64,000 nt of DNA from Candidatus Poribacteria bacterium (GCA_965208325.1 OZ242326.1:3072001-3136000), one strand, 5' to 3'. Shown: positions 1-10,128, numbered from the stretch's first letter. Made by a program: numbers and translations. The notes: a model not told the origin generated them from the letters alone.

Positions 1-1553
1 CTACCGAGGAAATAGTGCGCCTCAATCATTTCCGGCTGTAACCTCACCGCGGCCTCGAAGCTGTTCACCGCTGCATCAAATTGACTCTTATCCAGCGCGA
101 TGAGACCTAGTCTATAGTATGGCTCCGCGAGACTTGGGTCTTGCTTGATAACTTCCCGGTAATGACCTGCAGCGAGCTGAAAATCCCCCTGTTTAAAATA
201 AGCATGCGCCAGTCTTAAGCGAATCTGTAATCGATCTGGTTCAAGAGTCAGAAGTTTTTCGTAAGCCGCTTGAGACTCCTCGAATAGTTCAAGTTGAAAT
301 GCGATACTGCCAATATTCAACCACGTCTGCGGGCTGTCCGGCTTCAACCCGGCCGCCTTGCGATAGGAAGAAATCGCCTTTTCATAGTCTTCCCGCCGGT
401 CTGAACTTTGCGCCTTTTTAAGCCAAACCAGCCCCAACCCGCTGTGCACTGAAGCCATATCGGGCTTTAACTCGACCGCGCGCTGCTGCGCTTTAAGCGC
501 CTCTTCCAGTTGTCCTCGGGTAGCATAGATATAACCTAGTCCGTTATGTACTGCTGCGATATCCGGATCGTGCCAAAGTGCTTGTTCAAATTGCTGCAGC
601 GCCGCATCGAGTTTTTTTTCGTGAATGTATTTCCAGCCCAGATTCGACAACGCGGCGGCTTTTTCCCTCCCTTGAGATGCACGCAGAACCGCGAGTTCAT
701 CTACCTGATCGTCCCGCAATTGCCGGAACTTCTTCATCTCCGCTTCTGCTTCCGCTTTTTTGCCCTGCTTAAAATGTAGCAGCGCAAGCCGGTAGTATGC
801 GCTAGTCAATTGAGAGTCAAGACGAATTGCCTCCTGAAACGCACGCTCCGCTTCACTGCCCTCCTCCTTCCGGATGTGGACCAGTCCAAGCCGGAAATGC
901 GCTTCCGCCAAAGAAGGTTCCAAGCGAATCGATTGCCGGTAGTATGCAGCCGCCTGATCAACCCGCCCATACTCAAATGCGACTCGGCCTAGAAAGTAAC
1001 TCACCATGCCCGCGGTCAGCGGACTCATCCGAGATTGCCGCTGGATAACTGAGGACGGTTCAAGCCGATAGTTTCGAGATTTCGACGTCGTCATCAGGTT
1101 AAACGCCTTTTTCCATGCGGTTTCCGCTTCATCATATTCGTGCTGCCGAAACCAAGCCATCCCCAACTGTGCATAGGCTTGAGCCCAATCAGGAAAGTAC
1201 CGAATGGCTTGTTCAAATACATCTATGGCTTTTTCGTAGTGCCGCTGCCGCAAATGGGTTCCCCCCAAGCAGTAGTAAGCAGCCGTGTCATTCGGATCCA
1301 ATCGCAGCGCGCCTTTGAACGTTTCTGCCGCTTCGTCCATAGCGCCCAACGACACATACGCTAGGCCCAGGTTCAGGTGGGCATCAATAGATCCTGGATT
1401 CGCATCGCGTATTTGCTGATATTGAGCAACTGCCTTGTCAAAACGAGATTTACCCTGGGCTGCCGCCATCTTGCCAAAATTCAGCAAGATAACTGTAAAA
1501 AAAGCGCCGATGATGAAATAGGTACAATTTCTTGAAGGCGAGTGATAATTCAA
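1..1553 (-). CDS. TPR-repeat protein with N-terminal signal/TM segment; runs off the window start
   Basis: Not in the ORF track. Manual translation of both ends: TTG at 1553 after GAGGGA gives YFIIGAFFTVILLNF...DAHLNLGLAYVSLG, and the same frame at position 3-32 reads EMIEAHYFLG (TPR-like). Confidence 0.8.
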   Translation of the reverse strand, partial: MNYHSPSRNCTYFIIGAFFTVILLNFGKMAAAQGKSRFDKAVAQYQQIRDANPGSIDAHLNLGLAYVSLGAMDEAAETFKGALRLDPNDTAAYYCLGGTHLRQRHYEKAIDVFEQAIRYFPDWAQAYAQLGMAWFRQHEYDEAETAWKKAFNLMTTSKSRNYRLEPSSVIQRQSRMSPLTAGMVSYFLGRVAFEYGRVDQAAAYYRQSIRLEPSLAEAHFRLGLVHIRKEEGSEAERAFQEAIRLDSQLTSAYYRLALLHFKQGKKAEAEAEMKKFRQLRDDQVDELAVLRASQGREKAAALSNLGWKYIHEKKLDAALQQFEQALWHDPDIAAVHNGLGYIYATRGQLEEALKAQQRAVELKPDMASVHSGLGLVWLKKAQSSDRREDYEKAISSYRKAAGLKPDSPQTWLNIGSIAFQLELFEESQAAYEKLLTLEPDRLQIRLRLAHAYFKQGDFQLAAGHYREVIKQDPSLAEPYYRLGLIALDKSQFDAAVNSFEAAVRLQPEMIEAHYFLG

Positions 1554-1714
1554 GGCCGTCCCTCAACTCCGCACCTGAACACGGTGCACGTTTCGCATCT
1601 CAGAGTGGCAAAAAACACCTCTCCAAATCCATGTGCGCTTGAACGCATGGCACTATCCGTTTCTTATTCTCTAGCAACGCTTATCCGGGGTAATATTGAG
1701 GTGCTAAACTATGC

Positions 1715-2557
1715 CTATCCGGTTGACGCGGGAACTTGTCTATGAAATCCTTTGGGTTTCCACATGATTGGATAACCCGGCGGCCAACCTTCGCCGCCCA
1801 AAACCGCTTTGAATTCATCAGTTAATCCGCAGAGCCAGTAAAACATCTCCGCAGCGTCATACCAATCGCGAAACTGCTGCCGAAAGTTGGGACCGTCTAG
1901 ACTGTATATAGGGGTGTGATCGTGCCCGAAGTCAAAGTCGGGTTCGATAATCCAATCCCGCTGCGGCGGCGTCGTTCGCCAGTAGCAGTATTTCAGCATA
2001 TTACGAATACCGCTTGCTGTGGACTCCGAACGGCGATGCCATATCGAATAAACCGTGAGAAAAATCGATCCTGCGGGCGCGGCGGTTTTAACCCTGCCTT
2101 GAATCCCCCCGTAGTGCGACATCCAACTCTGTAAGCAAAAGAAAAAGTGGGAGCCCGGCACCACTTCCGTGGGCCCCATCTCCACCGGTGCATCCTGCGG
2201 GTAATAGAATACCTGCAAATGATTCAGTTCCGGCGCATAACGTGAGCCGCCGTCGCGGTGCCAATTCTGATTTGGAGCCGGGCATTCCATTCGATGGTTA
2301 GCCATCCCCTTGGGTAGCGCAAAGTTCTTGCCCAGCAATGAACGCACCGCACCCGCTGCCTCGTGATTGAGCAGCACCTCGTCCACAAACCACTCCTCCT
2401 GCAGAAGGGGGCCGTGGCCATGGGTTTCAATGAATTCAAACGTTTTCCGGTTAATCTCATCTGGAACAACGGCCTCCAACATTACATAGCCGTTCTTGCA
2501 GAATTCCAATACCTGCGTATCGGTCAAGGTTGGTTCACAGTCGTTCGTACTTTTCAA
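1715..2557 (-). CDS. Phytanoyl-CoA dioxygenase (PhyH)-like Fe(II)/2-oxoglutarate dioxygenase
   Basis: EFCKNGYVML, WHRD (HxD), GPTEVVPGSH, distal WHR; GGAGG upstream of TTG start. Confidence 0.85.
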   Translation of the reverse strand: MKSTNDCEPTLTDTQVLEFCKNGYVMLEAVVPDEINRKTFEFIETHGHGPLLQEEWFVDEVLLNHEAAGAVRSLLGKNFALPKGMANHRMECPAPNQNWHRDGGSRYAPELNHLQVFYYPQDAPVEMGPTEVVPGSHFFFCLQSWMSHYGGIQGRVKTAAPAGSIFLTVYSIWHRRSESTASGIRNMLKYCYWRTTPPQRDWIIEPDFDFGHDHTPIYSLDGPNFRQQFRDWYDAAEMFYWLCGLTDEFKAVLGGEGWPPGYPIMWKPKGFHRQVPASTG

Positions 2558-2711
2558 AGTAAGCCTCCTCCAAACAAAATTTTACACGAATTTCAGCTTT
2601 TTGTCAAGATCAGCAAACTACATCAATACACTGAAGGATTTTTTTGAAATTTCCAGCGGCATACACTTCAATTGCCATGTTATAAAAATGATAAATTTTC
2701 CTTATCGGTTT

Positions 2712-2736
2712 GTGGGAGAGGCTTCCTAGCCTCGAT
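2712..2736 (+). repeat. REP-like palindrome, family A (GTGGGAGAGGCTTCCTAGCCTCGAT)
   Basis: Identical inverted copy at 17342-17366; near copy at 11331-11355. Confidence 0.85.
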
Positions 2737-2873
2737 CGTAAATCACTCATCGTATAAATGCCCACCCAGAAGATTCCAATTCAGCACAAACTCCGAATTT
2801 TGCTCAGAATGGCAAAGCCGAATTTCTATTGCAATAGGGAGCCTTTCCACGTATAATATTTCGCTTAAAGACT

Positions 2874-2898
2874 GTAGGAGCGATCTCCGAATCGCGAC
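2874..2898 (+). repeat. REP-like palindrome, family B (GTAGGAGCGATCTCCGAATCGCGAC)
   Basis: Identical copy at 12412-12436. Confidence 0.85.
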
Positions 2899-2983
2899 TT
2901 CTTCATTAGCAAGAACTACGTCCAAATCGCGGCATCTTAATACCTAGAAACTTTCCCCGAACCGCGGCATTTATTTTAAACTC

Positions 2984-4744
2984 ATGCAAATCTCGCTCCA
3001 ATGCTTTCCCTCCCAAATGCCAGCCAATAACCGCAGTTGGATCACAACACCCGGCACACGCGTTCAATTCCACGCCTACAGCCTCTTGTTCACAATCTAT
3101 TGCCTTACGCTTTTTCTTGCCAGCACATTCGCTGCCGCGGATGCCGACGTTCAATTCGTCGATGTTACGCAATCTGCGGGCATCCATTTTAATCATGTCG
3201 ATGGGCGAAGCGGACAAAAATTTTTCATGGAAACCATTGGTTCCGGCGCTGCATTTTTTGACTATGATAATGATGGATACCCGGATCTGTATTTCGTAAA
3301 CGGCGCCCCTTTACCGGGATATCAGAGCGCAGAAGCGCCAATCAACCAACTCTACCGAAACAACGGGGACGGTACCTTTACTGATGTAACCGAAAAGGCA
3401 GGTGTGGGCGACACTAGCTACGGGCACGGCTGCGCTGTCGGCGATTACAATGGTGACGGTTATCTCGACCTCTACGTTACAAATTACGGCTCAAATGTCC
3501 TCTTTCGAAACAACGGGGATGGTACTTTCACCGATGTAACAGAGGACGCCCGCGTGGGAGAACCGAAATGGAGCAGCAGTTGTGCATTCGCCGACTATGA
3601 CCGCGATGGAGACCTCGATCTCTATGTTGTCAATTATATTGAGTTTAGAATTGAAAACAACCCATGGTGCGGTCGAAAGGATAAGGGGATCAGAGGCTAC
3701 TGCCAACCTGACGATTTTCTAGGGCTGCCCGATACACTCTATCAGAATAATGGTGATGGCACATTCACCGATGTCACGCGGAATTCTGAAATTTACAATC
3801 CGGACGGGAAAGGCTTGGGGGCGGTGTGGGGCGATTACGACAATGATGGGTATCCGGACATCTACGTCGCCAATGACTCTACAGAGAACTTCTTATTCAA
3901 GAATAAAGGCAACGGCAAATTTGAAGAAGTCGGCTTCTTCATCGGCGTCGCGTTCAGCGACGTTGGTGTCGCCGAGAACGGTATGGGCACAGCTTTTGGC
4001 GACTGGGACAACGATGGGTGGTTGGATTTAACTGTTACTAACTACGCAGATCAGGCAAACACGCTCTATCGTAATGACCAAGCTAGCTTTTTCACCGACG
4101 TGTCGTCCGCGTCGAAAACGGCGATTGTTAGCTATCCATATCTCGGTTGGGCGACAGAATTTATCGATTACGACAACGATGGCTACCTAGACCTGTTTGT
4201 CGCCAACGGACACCTCCACGATAATCTCGAAGAGATGGGACAAGACGGCACCTATGTGCAGCGAAACTTCATGTTCCGAAATAATCGAGACGGCACTTTC
4301 GTTGAAATCTCCAACCAACTAGGTCCCGGCATGCGGCTGGAGGATGTCAGCCGCGGCGCGGCGTTCGCCGACTACGATTTGGACGGAGACATTGATATTC
4401 TGGTAACCAACTCCAACAGCCGCCCCCGCCTCTTGCGCAATGATGGGGCAAACAAGAACAATTGGTTGGCTGTCAAGTTAATTGGAACAAATGGAGTCAC
4501 AGACGCAATCGGTGCGCGTGTGACGCTCAATATGGGTGAATTTTCCCAAATGAAAGAGGTCCGTAGCGGTTCAGGTTATTTATCGCAAAACGAACTTAAA
4601 CTCCTGTTTGGCCTCGGTAAGGCCGCCGCTGTTTCGAACATAGAAATCCGATGGCCAAACGGAGAAAAGCAACACCTAAAAAACATCGTCGCAAACCAGT
4701 GCATCATTATTACCCAAGGCGGCGGCTGGAAGCGAAAAAGATAA
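2984..4744 (+). CDS. CRTAC1-family protein (FG-GAP/VCBS repeats plus C-terminal ASPIC/UnbV domain), likely exported; true start may be downstream
   Basis: Repeated DYDNDGxxDL(Y/F)VxN and LYRNNGDGTFTDVT; C-terminal AIGARV...GSGYLSQ...FGLG...IEIRWP. Confidence 0.9.
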   Translation: MQISLQCFPSQMPANNRSWITTPGTRVQFHAYSLLFTIYCLTLFLASTFAAADADVQFVDVTQSAGIHFNHVDGRSGQKFFMETIGSGAAFFDYDNDGYPDLYFVNGAPLPGYQSAEAPINQLYRNNGDGTFTDVTEKAGVGDTSYGHGCAVGDYNGDGYLDLYVTNYGSNVLFRNNGDGTFTDVTEDARVGEPKWSSSCAFADYDRDGDLDLYVVNYIEFRIENNPWCGRKDKGIRGYCQPDDFLGLPDTLYQNNGDGTFTDVTRNSEIYNPDGKGLGAVWGDYDNDGYPDIYVANDSTENFLFKNKGNGKFEEVGFFIGVAFSDVGVAENGMGTAFGDWDNDGWLDLTVTNYADQANTLYRNDQASFFTDVSSASKTAIVSYPYLGWATEFIDYDNDGYLDLFVANGHLHDNLEEMGQDGTYVQRNFMFRNNRDGTFVEISNQLGPGMRLEDVSRGAAFADYDLDGDIDILVTNSNSRPRLLRNDGANKNNWLAVKLIGTNGVTDAIGARVTLNMGEFSQMKEVRSGSGYLSQNELKLLFGLGKAAAVSNIEIRWPNGEKQHLKNIVANQCIIITQGGGWKRKR

Positions 4745-4807
4745 CACATAGCTCAATCTAAATCTATCTTGTCTCCCGTAGTCTGCATTCCTGAGCGTAA
4801 ACCTCCT

Positions 4808-5128
4808 TCATTCCGGCACATTGATTTCCATACTCAACAACAGAAACGAATATGACTTCCCGTGCATATCGAGCGCTAACGATTTGGTCACCCCGCCCCC
4901 CAAACAATTTTCGAGTACGAAATTCAGCGCTGAAACGTTCGGCACTTCATAGCGTACAATCTCGCCGTGGCAAATGTCTTTGAACAATGCTCGAACCCGT
5001 TCCACCGTGACTTCACGGCACACCAGGTCGTAATCTTCCTCCCGGTACGGGATGACCGACAGATTCACCGCATCTCCTTTATCGCCCGATCGGCTGTGCG
5101 CTATTTCACGTAGTTGGACTCTTTTCAT
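4808..5128 (-). CDS. AtuA-related small ferredoxin-fold protein
   Basis: LREIAHSRSGDKGD...N, RYEVPN..ALNFVL...LGGG...SLxLDxHGK. Confidence 0.8.
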   Translation of the reverse strand: MKRVQLREIAHSRSGDKGDAVNLSVIPYREEDYDLVCREVTVERVRALFKDICHGEIVRYEVPNVSALNFVLENCLGGGVTKSLALDMHGKSYSFLLLSMEINVPE

Positions 5129-5171
5129 CCGCCGCCTCTATATTCAATTCCATTCATATTTACACATGTTT

Positions 5172-5202
5172 CGGTAGGTGAGGTTTCCAACCGCACCTAC
5201 CG
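5172..5202. repeat. GTAG-type palindrome CGGTAGGTGAGGTTTCCAACCGCACCTACCG
   Basis: Near-perfect hairpin in the intergenic region after ppx; may also act as terminator. Confidence 0.7.
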
Positions 5203-5266
5203 CAGTGTATAGGTAATTATAGGTTTTACTTTATTATTGGGAATTAAAACCTTCCCCGGCCAATCT

Positions 5267-6850
5267 TTACTTCGAACCGTTTGGATTAATCGGGGCCGCG
5301 GTTTGCCCATTCACCAACAGACGTACCGCAAGCCCAAACGTATGTGTGAACAGGCGCCCTTTTTCTTGAAGGTGCCAGTTTTCCAAAAGGCATGCGTTGA
5401 GAGATTGTGCATCAATCTCGATGGCATCGTCGTGGATATTGACTTTCACGCCCTGAACAACCGATTTGTGTTGATGGTCTAGTGCATCCGCAATCCGCAA
5501 AATAGCAGCCAGCTTCGTTACCCGTTCCTTGTCTGCAATCGAAAGCGCCTGAAAATGAGCGTGCTTCTGTTCGTTGGGGAACGCTTTGCGATGATAACGA
5601 GCGATATTGGCGATGAGTTCAAGTTGCTGTGGCTGAAGCCCAACAATCTCCGAATTTGATATCAAATAATACGAGTGTTTATGGTGGGCGCTCGAGTTGA
5701 TATATCCGCCAATTTCATGCAGTGTCGCAGCTACACGCAGAAGCATTCGAAATTCCCGTGACAACTGATGCAGAGGTTGCAACTGATCAAATAGTAACTC
5801 CGCCAAATAACGCACCTGTTGTGCATGCCCCACATGAAACTGGTACTTGTGCCCAAGTGCGGCCGCCGCTTTCAAGATTTCCCCTTCTTCCAATGTCGTG
5901 TCCCACGAATTTCGGAAGCGATCGACCATCTCTGCAAGCACACCATCCTTGAGCCCGACATTCGCGGCATATAGCCCTCGCGCACCTACAACATTACTCA
6001 GCACTTCGGTGAGCACTAGGCATGCCGGCAGAATGACGTCCGCCCGATCTGCGCGCATGTCGTACCGATTCATACGTTCACCCACGCTCTGTTTGGAAAT
6101 CTCTTTGACGAAACGCCGAAAATCACGCAATGGAATAAAACTAACATCTTCCGGAAAACCGTTACCTTCGATTTCAGCCATCCCTATTTGTCTGCCAATC
6201 TCTTCAACATTGCCGCCGGTGCCCAGCACCAAATCAATTTTGTAAGTGTTGATTGCATCCAAAGTCGTTTCAAGCAGTTGCTCCATGTAAGCCTTTAGCA
6301 GTAATACCTGAAGGTCGGAGATGGTATCAGTTCGCAAAAAGGTCTCGCACAACCGCACCGTTCCTAATCGCAGGCTGTTGGAGTAGACAATCGAACCGTG
6401 GTCGATGACATCGAACTCAACACTTCCGCCCCCGATGTCGATGACCAGAGCGATTTTGTCGTGCAGATTGATTTTACGGGTTACCGCGATTTGCACCAGG
6501 CGGGCTTCCTCCCCGCCGGAAATTCGCTCCAATTGGATGCCTGAACTACTGTAAATGCGTTTTACAAAATTATCGCCGTTGATAGCTTCACGCGCCGCGC
6601 TAGTCGCAATGGCGCGGGTGGAATGGACTTTCGACCGCTTGAGGACATCTCGGAATTCTCCAAACGCCTCAATCGCTTTCTGGATCGCGTCTTCAGCTAA
6701 AAAACCCGTCAAGAAAACTTCATGCCCTAAACGCACAGGGGCGCGGCATTGATAAATTGGTTCAACGGACCCATCTCCCCGCACTTCAACAATTTTCAGC
6801 CGCATTGCGTTGGATCCAACGTCAATGGCGGCAAACGATGCACTTTCCAT
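5267..6850 (-). CDS. ppx: Exopolyphosphatase / guanosine pentaphosphate phosphohydrolase (Ppx/GppA) with HD domain
   Basis: AAIDVGSNAMR, ATSAAREAxN, DIGGGSVE, RADVI, GLKDG, LHEIG...HHKHS. Confidence 0.93.
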   Translation of the reverse strand: MESASFAAIDVGSNAMRLKIVEVRGDGSVEPIYQCRAPVRLGHEVFLTGFLAEDAIQKAIEAFGEFRDVLKRSKVHSTRAIATSAAREAINGDNFVKRIYSSSGIQLERISGGEEARLVQIAVTRKINLHDKIALVIDIGGGSVEFDVIDHGSIVYSNSLRLGTVRLCETFLRTDTISDLQVLLLKAYMEQLLETTLDAINTYKIDLVLGTGGNVEEIGRQIGMAEIEGNGFPEDVSFIPLRDFRRFVKEISKQSVGERMNRYDMRADRADVILPACLVLTEVLSNVVGARGLYAANVGLKDGVLAEMVDRFRNSWDTTLEEGEILKAAAALGHKYQFHVGHAQQVRYLAELLFDQLQPLHQLSREFRMLLRVAATLHEIGGYINSSAHHKHSYYLISNSEIVGLQPQQLELIANIARYHRKAFPNEQKHAHFQALSIADKERVTKLAAILRIADALDHQHKSVVQGVKVNIHDDAIEIDAQSLNACLLENWHLQEKGRLFTHTFGLAVRLLVNGQTAAPINPNGSK

Positions 6851-6952
6851 ATTTTTCCCTTAACTCCCAACAAATTTACACGCCGTGAGTTTAGCACATC
6901 CCCCTCGCCAGGTCAATTCAATCCAAGCAAACTTGAATTCGCAAATTGTAAC

Positions 6953-7075
6953 CGTAGGGGTGAGGTTCCCTCGCCCACTGACCGGCGTATGCAATCAACT
7001 CCCAACCATGCAGGTTGAACCGTGTGAAATCGCGTCTGATGTGTGAATGACGGGTAGGGCAACCCAACCCCTACG
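6953..7075. repeat. Inverted REP doublet (REPIN-like)
   Basis: CGTAGGGGTGAGGTTCCCTCGCCC at 6953 faces the reverse complement of CGTAGGGGTTGGGTTGCCCTACCCG at 7051-7075. Confidence 0.75.
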
Positions 7076-7178
7076 AAAGGGTTATGTGTTTGTGCACTAC
7101 TCTTAATTGACCGATTGCAGTGAATTGTCACCAAAACCCAATACAAGGATAAGAAATCCTTATTATCCGGCAGACCGA

Positions 7179-7207
7179 TTGACATCAATCCAAAATTCGT
7201 GTAAAAT
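7179..7207 (+). promoter_or_regulatory. Sigma70-type promoter for the eutN pair
   Basis: TTGACA-17 bp-TAAAAT, 45 bp before the ATG. Confidence 0.7.
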
Positions 7208-7252
7208 GACAGCGCTAAACATCAAATAGTATACCCTTCCCCAGCAAGTACC

Positions 7253-7534
7253 ATGGATATTGGAAAAATCATCGGAACTGTAGTTGCCACTCAAAAAGAC
7301 CCGAGCTTAACCGGGACGCGGCTGCTAGTTGTACAACCTCTCGATGCGAACGGCAAATCTGTGGCATCCCCCCTTATCGCGGTTGACCCGCACGGCGCCG
7401 CCGGCTATGGCGATACCATCTATATGGTCACGGGCGGTGACGCCATTGGCGTAATGTCGGGGCGTGAAATGCCCGTCGACGTTGCTGTTGTCGGAATCGT
7501 GGATTCCATGACCGTAGCAAAAGCAGAGGATTGA
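7253..7534 (+). CDS. eutN: EutN/CcmL microcompartment vertex (BMC-P) protein
   Basis: IGKIIGTVVATQKDPSLTGTRLLVVQP...AVD..G...DVAVVGIVD. Confidence 0.93.
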   Translation: MDIGKIIGTVVATQKDPSLTGTRLLVVQPLDANGKSVASPLIAVDPHGAAGYGDTIYMVTGGDAIGVMSGREMPVDVAVVGIVDSMTVAKAED

Positions 7535-7536
7535 GG

Positions 7537-7833
7537 ATGTATATCGCAGAAGTAATCGGTAAGATTGTCTCGGTGATTAAACACTCTGCTTACGAGAATC
7601 GAACCCTATTACTCATTCAACCTTTGAATTTAGAATCCAAACCCGTCAAAACCCCGACAATCGCTGTTGATTACGTCGGAGCCGGCGAAGGCGACATCGT
7701 CCTCGTTGGGGCAGGGCCGGGCGTGGCTCAGGAGGTCTTTGGCGTCCAAGATGCACCGATTAGAGAACTTGTAATGGGCATTATTGATCGATTTGACGTT
7801 GATGCAATTGACGCAACCGGGTACAAAAGTTAG
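7537..7833 (+). CDS. eutN: EutN/CcmL microcompartment vertex (BMC-P) protein, second paralog
   Basis: AEVIGKIVSVIKH...LLLIQP...IAVDYVGAGEGDIVLV...MGIID. Confidence 0.92.
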   Translation: MYIAEVIGKIVSVIKHSAYENRTLLLIQPLNLESKPVKTPTIAVDYVGAGEGDIVLVGAGPGVAQEVFGVQDAPIRELVMGIIDRFDVDAIDATGYKS

Positions 7834-7963
7834 CAAAATGTGAAATCATCTAACACCTTTCTACGTTGTATACTTGCGCACAACATATAAATCGTTCTAA
7901 TCCGGGCGTTAACTGATTATTCTAATCGTCAACTTGCATCAATCAACATAAGGAAACCGTACC

Positions 7964-8731
7964 TTGTTAATTCCATTGCCCAGTCCGCCTCGGGCGGAAA
8001 AATCTTCTAAACTACCTAGCGCAGTGCAGTTGTTAATTGCTGCCAATATCCTCGTTTTTGCGTGTCAGCTCTATTATTGGCATTATCGCGGCTTGAATCT
8101 CTCTTTACATTTCGGCGCTATACCCCAAAGGATTAGCGAATTTATCCTCGTTTTTCCGCAATTGCCGGACTTATCGCGTCCAACCCTAATCACCTCACTA
8201 TTTCTGCACGATACATATAACCTCCAAGGGGGCTTCGTCCATCTCATAGGTAATATGCTGTATCTCTCGGCGTTCGGCCCCAATCTTGAGAATGCAATTG
8301 GACGAATGAAATTCTTCTTTTTTTATCTGCTATGCGGGGTGTCAGCCACTCTCTTGTACGTTGTATTTCACTACAACTCCGACGTACCACTGATCGGCGC
8401 GAGCGGCGCAATTGCCGGCGTGATGGGCGCCCACCTTTTCGCTCGCCCCAAATCCCGTATTCGATGTCTGTTTCTAATTTATATCGTCTCATTGCCGGCA
8501 ATTGTTGTGCTTGTCCCTTGGATACTAGTGCAATTGTTTAATTTTGTTTATCTTTCATCTCAAGATGCTGCAGTGGCTTGGTTGGCGCACATCGGCGGTT
8601 TTTTGGCAGGAATCTTTCTAATAGGCAAATTCCAAATGTCTTGGCGGCCGCCTCGAAAACATGAGACCGCCAATAGCCTAAACCATACATATTCAAATTC
8701 CAATGTCCCTTTGATGAAGATTGGACGCTGA
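7964..8731 (+). CDS. Rhomboid family intramembrane serine protease
   Basis: SLFLH, HLIGNMLYL, GASG (catalytic Ser), AHIGG (catalytic His). Confidence 0.92.
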   Translation: MLIPLPSPPRAEKSSKLPSAVQLLIAANILVFACQLYYWHYRGLNLSLHFGAIPQRISEFILVFPQLPDLSRPTLITSLFLHDTYNLQGGFVHLIGNMLYLSAFGPNLENAIGRMKFFFFYLLCGVSATLLYVVFHYNSDVPLIGASGAIAGVMGAHLFARPKSRIRCLFLIYIVSLPAIVVLVPWILVQLFNFVYLSSQDAAVAWLAHIGGFLAGIFLIGKFQMSWRPPRKHETANSLNHTYSNSNVPLMKIGR

Positions 8732-8854
8732 CCGTTCAAACCGTTCATCATCTCTTCACTGCAACAGAAAACAATGCCATCGGACATTTCATCGTTCCAA
8801 CTGCATGGCGCGATTGGAAAAACCGTAACTTACAAAATATAGGAGACCGATGAA

Positions 8855-10048
8855 TTGACAGGTAATTATCGACATCTGCTTTTGGGGCTGTCGCTTTGTG
8901 TATTTTTGACATCTTTTGCCGTGCGTGATAGTGCAGCCCGCCCGGAGTTTGCAGCGCGGGAAGATAAGGATTGTATTTTCTGCCATATCGATCCCGCTGG
9001 CGGCGGCCCGCGCAACGCTGTCGGACAAGTTTTTGAAGAAAATTACTTCGAGTTCCCTCAAGATTTCGACCCCGAGTCGTTAATGGCTGAGGCGAAAGAA
9101 ATCGCGCAAAGGCTAACAACCGCAGTGGACATTCGCACCGCTTACATCAAGACGACCGATGTCGTTCACGAAGAGGAGATGCTCGCCAACTGTACCTCAT
9201 GCCACTCCTCCGTTGATAGCTTCTTGATGATGCAGGGGGAACTAACCGTCAACGCAGAGGCGTCCGATAAACTCAGATTGACCCTGTCCAACAACTTAGG
9301 CGCAATGCTCAACGCTTTTGCCACCGTCGATGCAATTCCCGAACACCTCTACGTTAAAGTCGGCCAATTCCGAATTCCGTTCGGCCTCAAACAAAAAGAC
9401 CATAACATTCTCGTTAAAGGCGGATACAATCTTGGATCGAACAAACGGGAGGTTGGGATTGAATTCGGCGGTTCATACGGCGGCTTATTCTATAACGCAG
9501 CCGTATTCAACGGTGGAAACGCGACAATCTTCTCCGGCGGCCGCTCAGCCGATGTGGATGAAAACCACCACAAGGCGTGGGTTGCGACTGCGGGCGGCAA
9601 CGTGGGTCCGCTGCGCGCGGGTGTTTCCTATCTGCGCAATAAATCGCGGGATCAGCGCAGCATGACCGTTGGTACGTTTCTGACCGCGGTTCACAAAGAC
9701 TTGGTTCTCGAAGGGGAATTCAATTTTGGCGGAAACTTCCGGGACGGTGAGAGTATCAGTTTCGGGGATGAGGACATTGACTCCAAAGGCTACTATGTCG
9801 GCGCCAAATATCATTTGAGGCGGGGGCTAGTATTGTCGGGCCGCTACGGCCTGTTTGATTCAAATCGAAGGATATTAGGAGATGCCCAACAGCGTGTAAC
9901 AATCGCCGCACAATACACGTTTATGAAGAGTGGTTCCCTTGAGTTGCTCTATTGGCTCAACATTGAGAATGAGAACCGGACCGATAATAATTCACGGCAA
10001 CTTCGAGGCGTAGATCAGCTAATTTTAATGTCCCACTTCTGGTTCTAA
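8855..10048 (+). CDS. Fused c-type cytochrome / outer-membrane beta-barrel (Cyc2-like) with two CxxCH motifs
   Basis: Signal peptide; ARPEFAAREDKDCIFCH; second CTSCH; porin-like YVKVGQFRIPFG and alternating beta-strands; C-terminal HFWF. Confidence 0.75.
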   Translation: MTGNYRHLLLGLSLCVFLTSFAVRDSAARPEFAAREDKDCIFCHIDPAGGGPRNAVGQVFEENYFEFPQDFDPESLMAEAKEIAQRLTTAVDIRTAYIKTTDVVHEEEMLANCTSCHSSVDSFLMMQGELTVNAEASDKLRLTLSNNLGAMLNAFATVDAIPEHLYVKVGQFRIPFGLKQKDHNILVKGGYNLGSNKREVGIEFGGSYGGLFYNAAVFNGGNATIFSGGRSADVDENHHKAWVATAGGNVGPLRAGVSYLRNKSRDQRSMTVGTFLTAVHKDLVLEGEFNFGGNFRDGESISFGDEDIDSKGYYVGAKYHLRRGLVLSGRYGLFDSNRRILGDAQQRVTIAAQYTFMKSGSLELLYWLNIENENRTDNNSRQLRGVDQLILMSHFWF

Positions 10049-10128
10049 AGTAGCATCCACACGCCGTATGCCGTAGACCGCATTACGTAATTATTTTCAT
10101 CATTCCAAATATAAAGAAAGGATTAATT

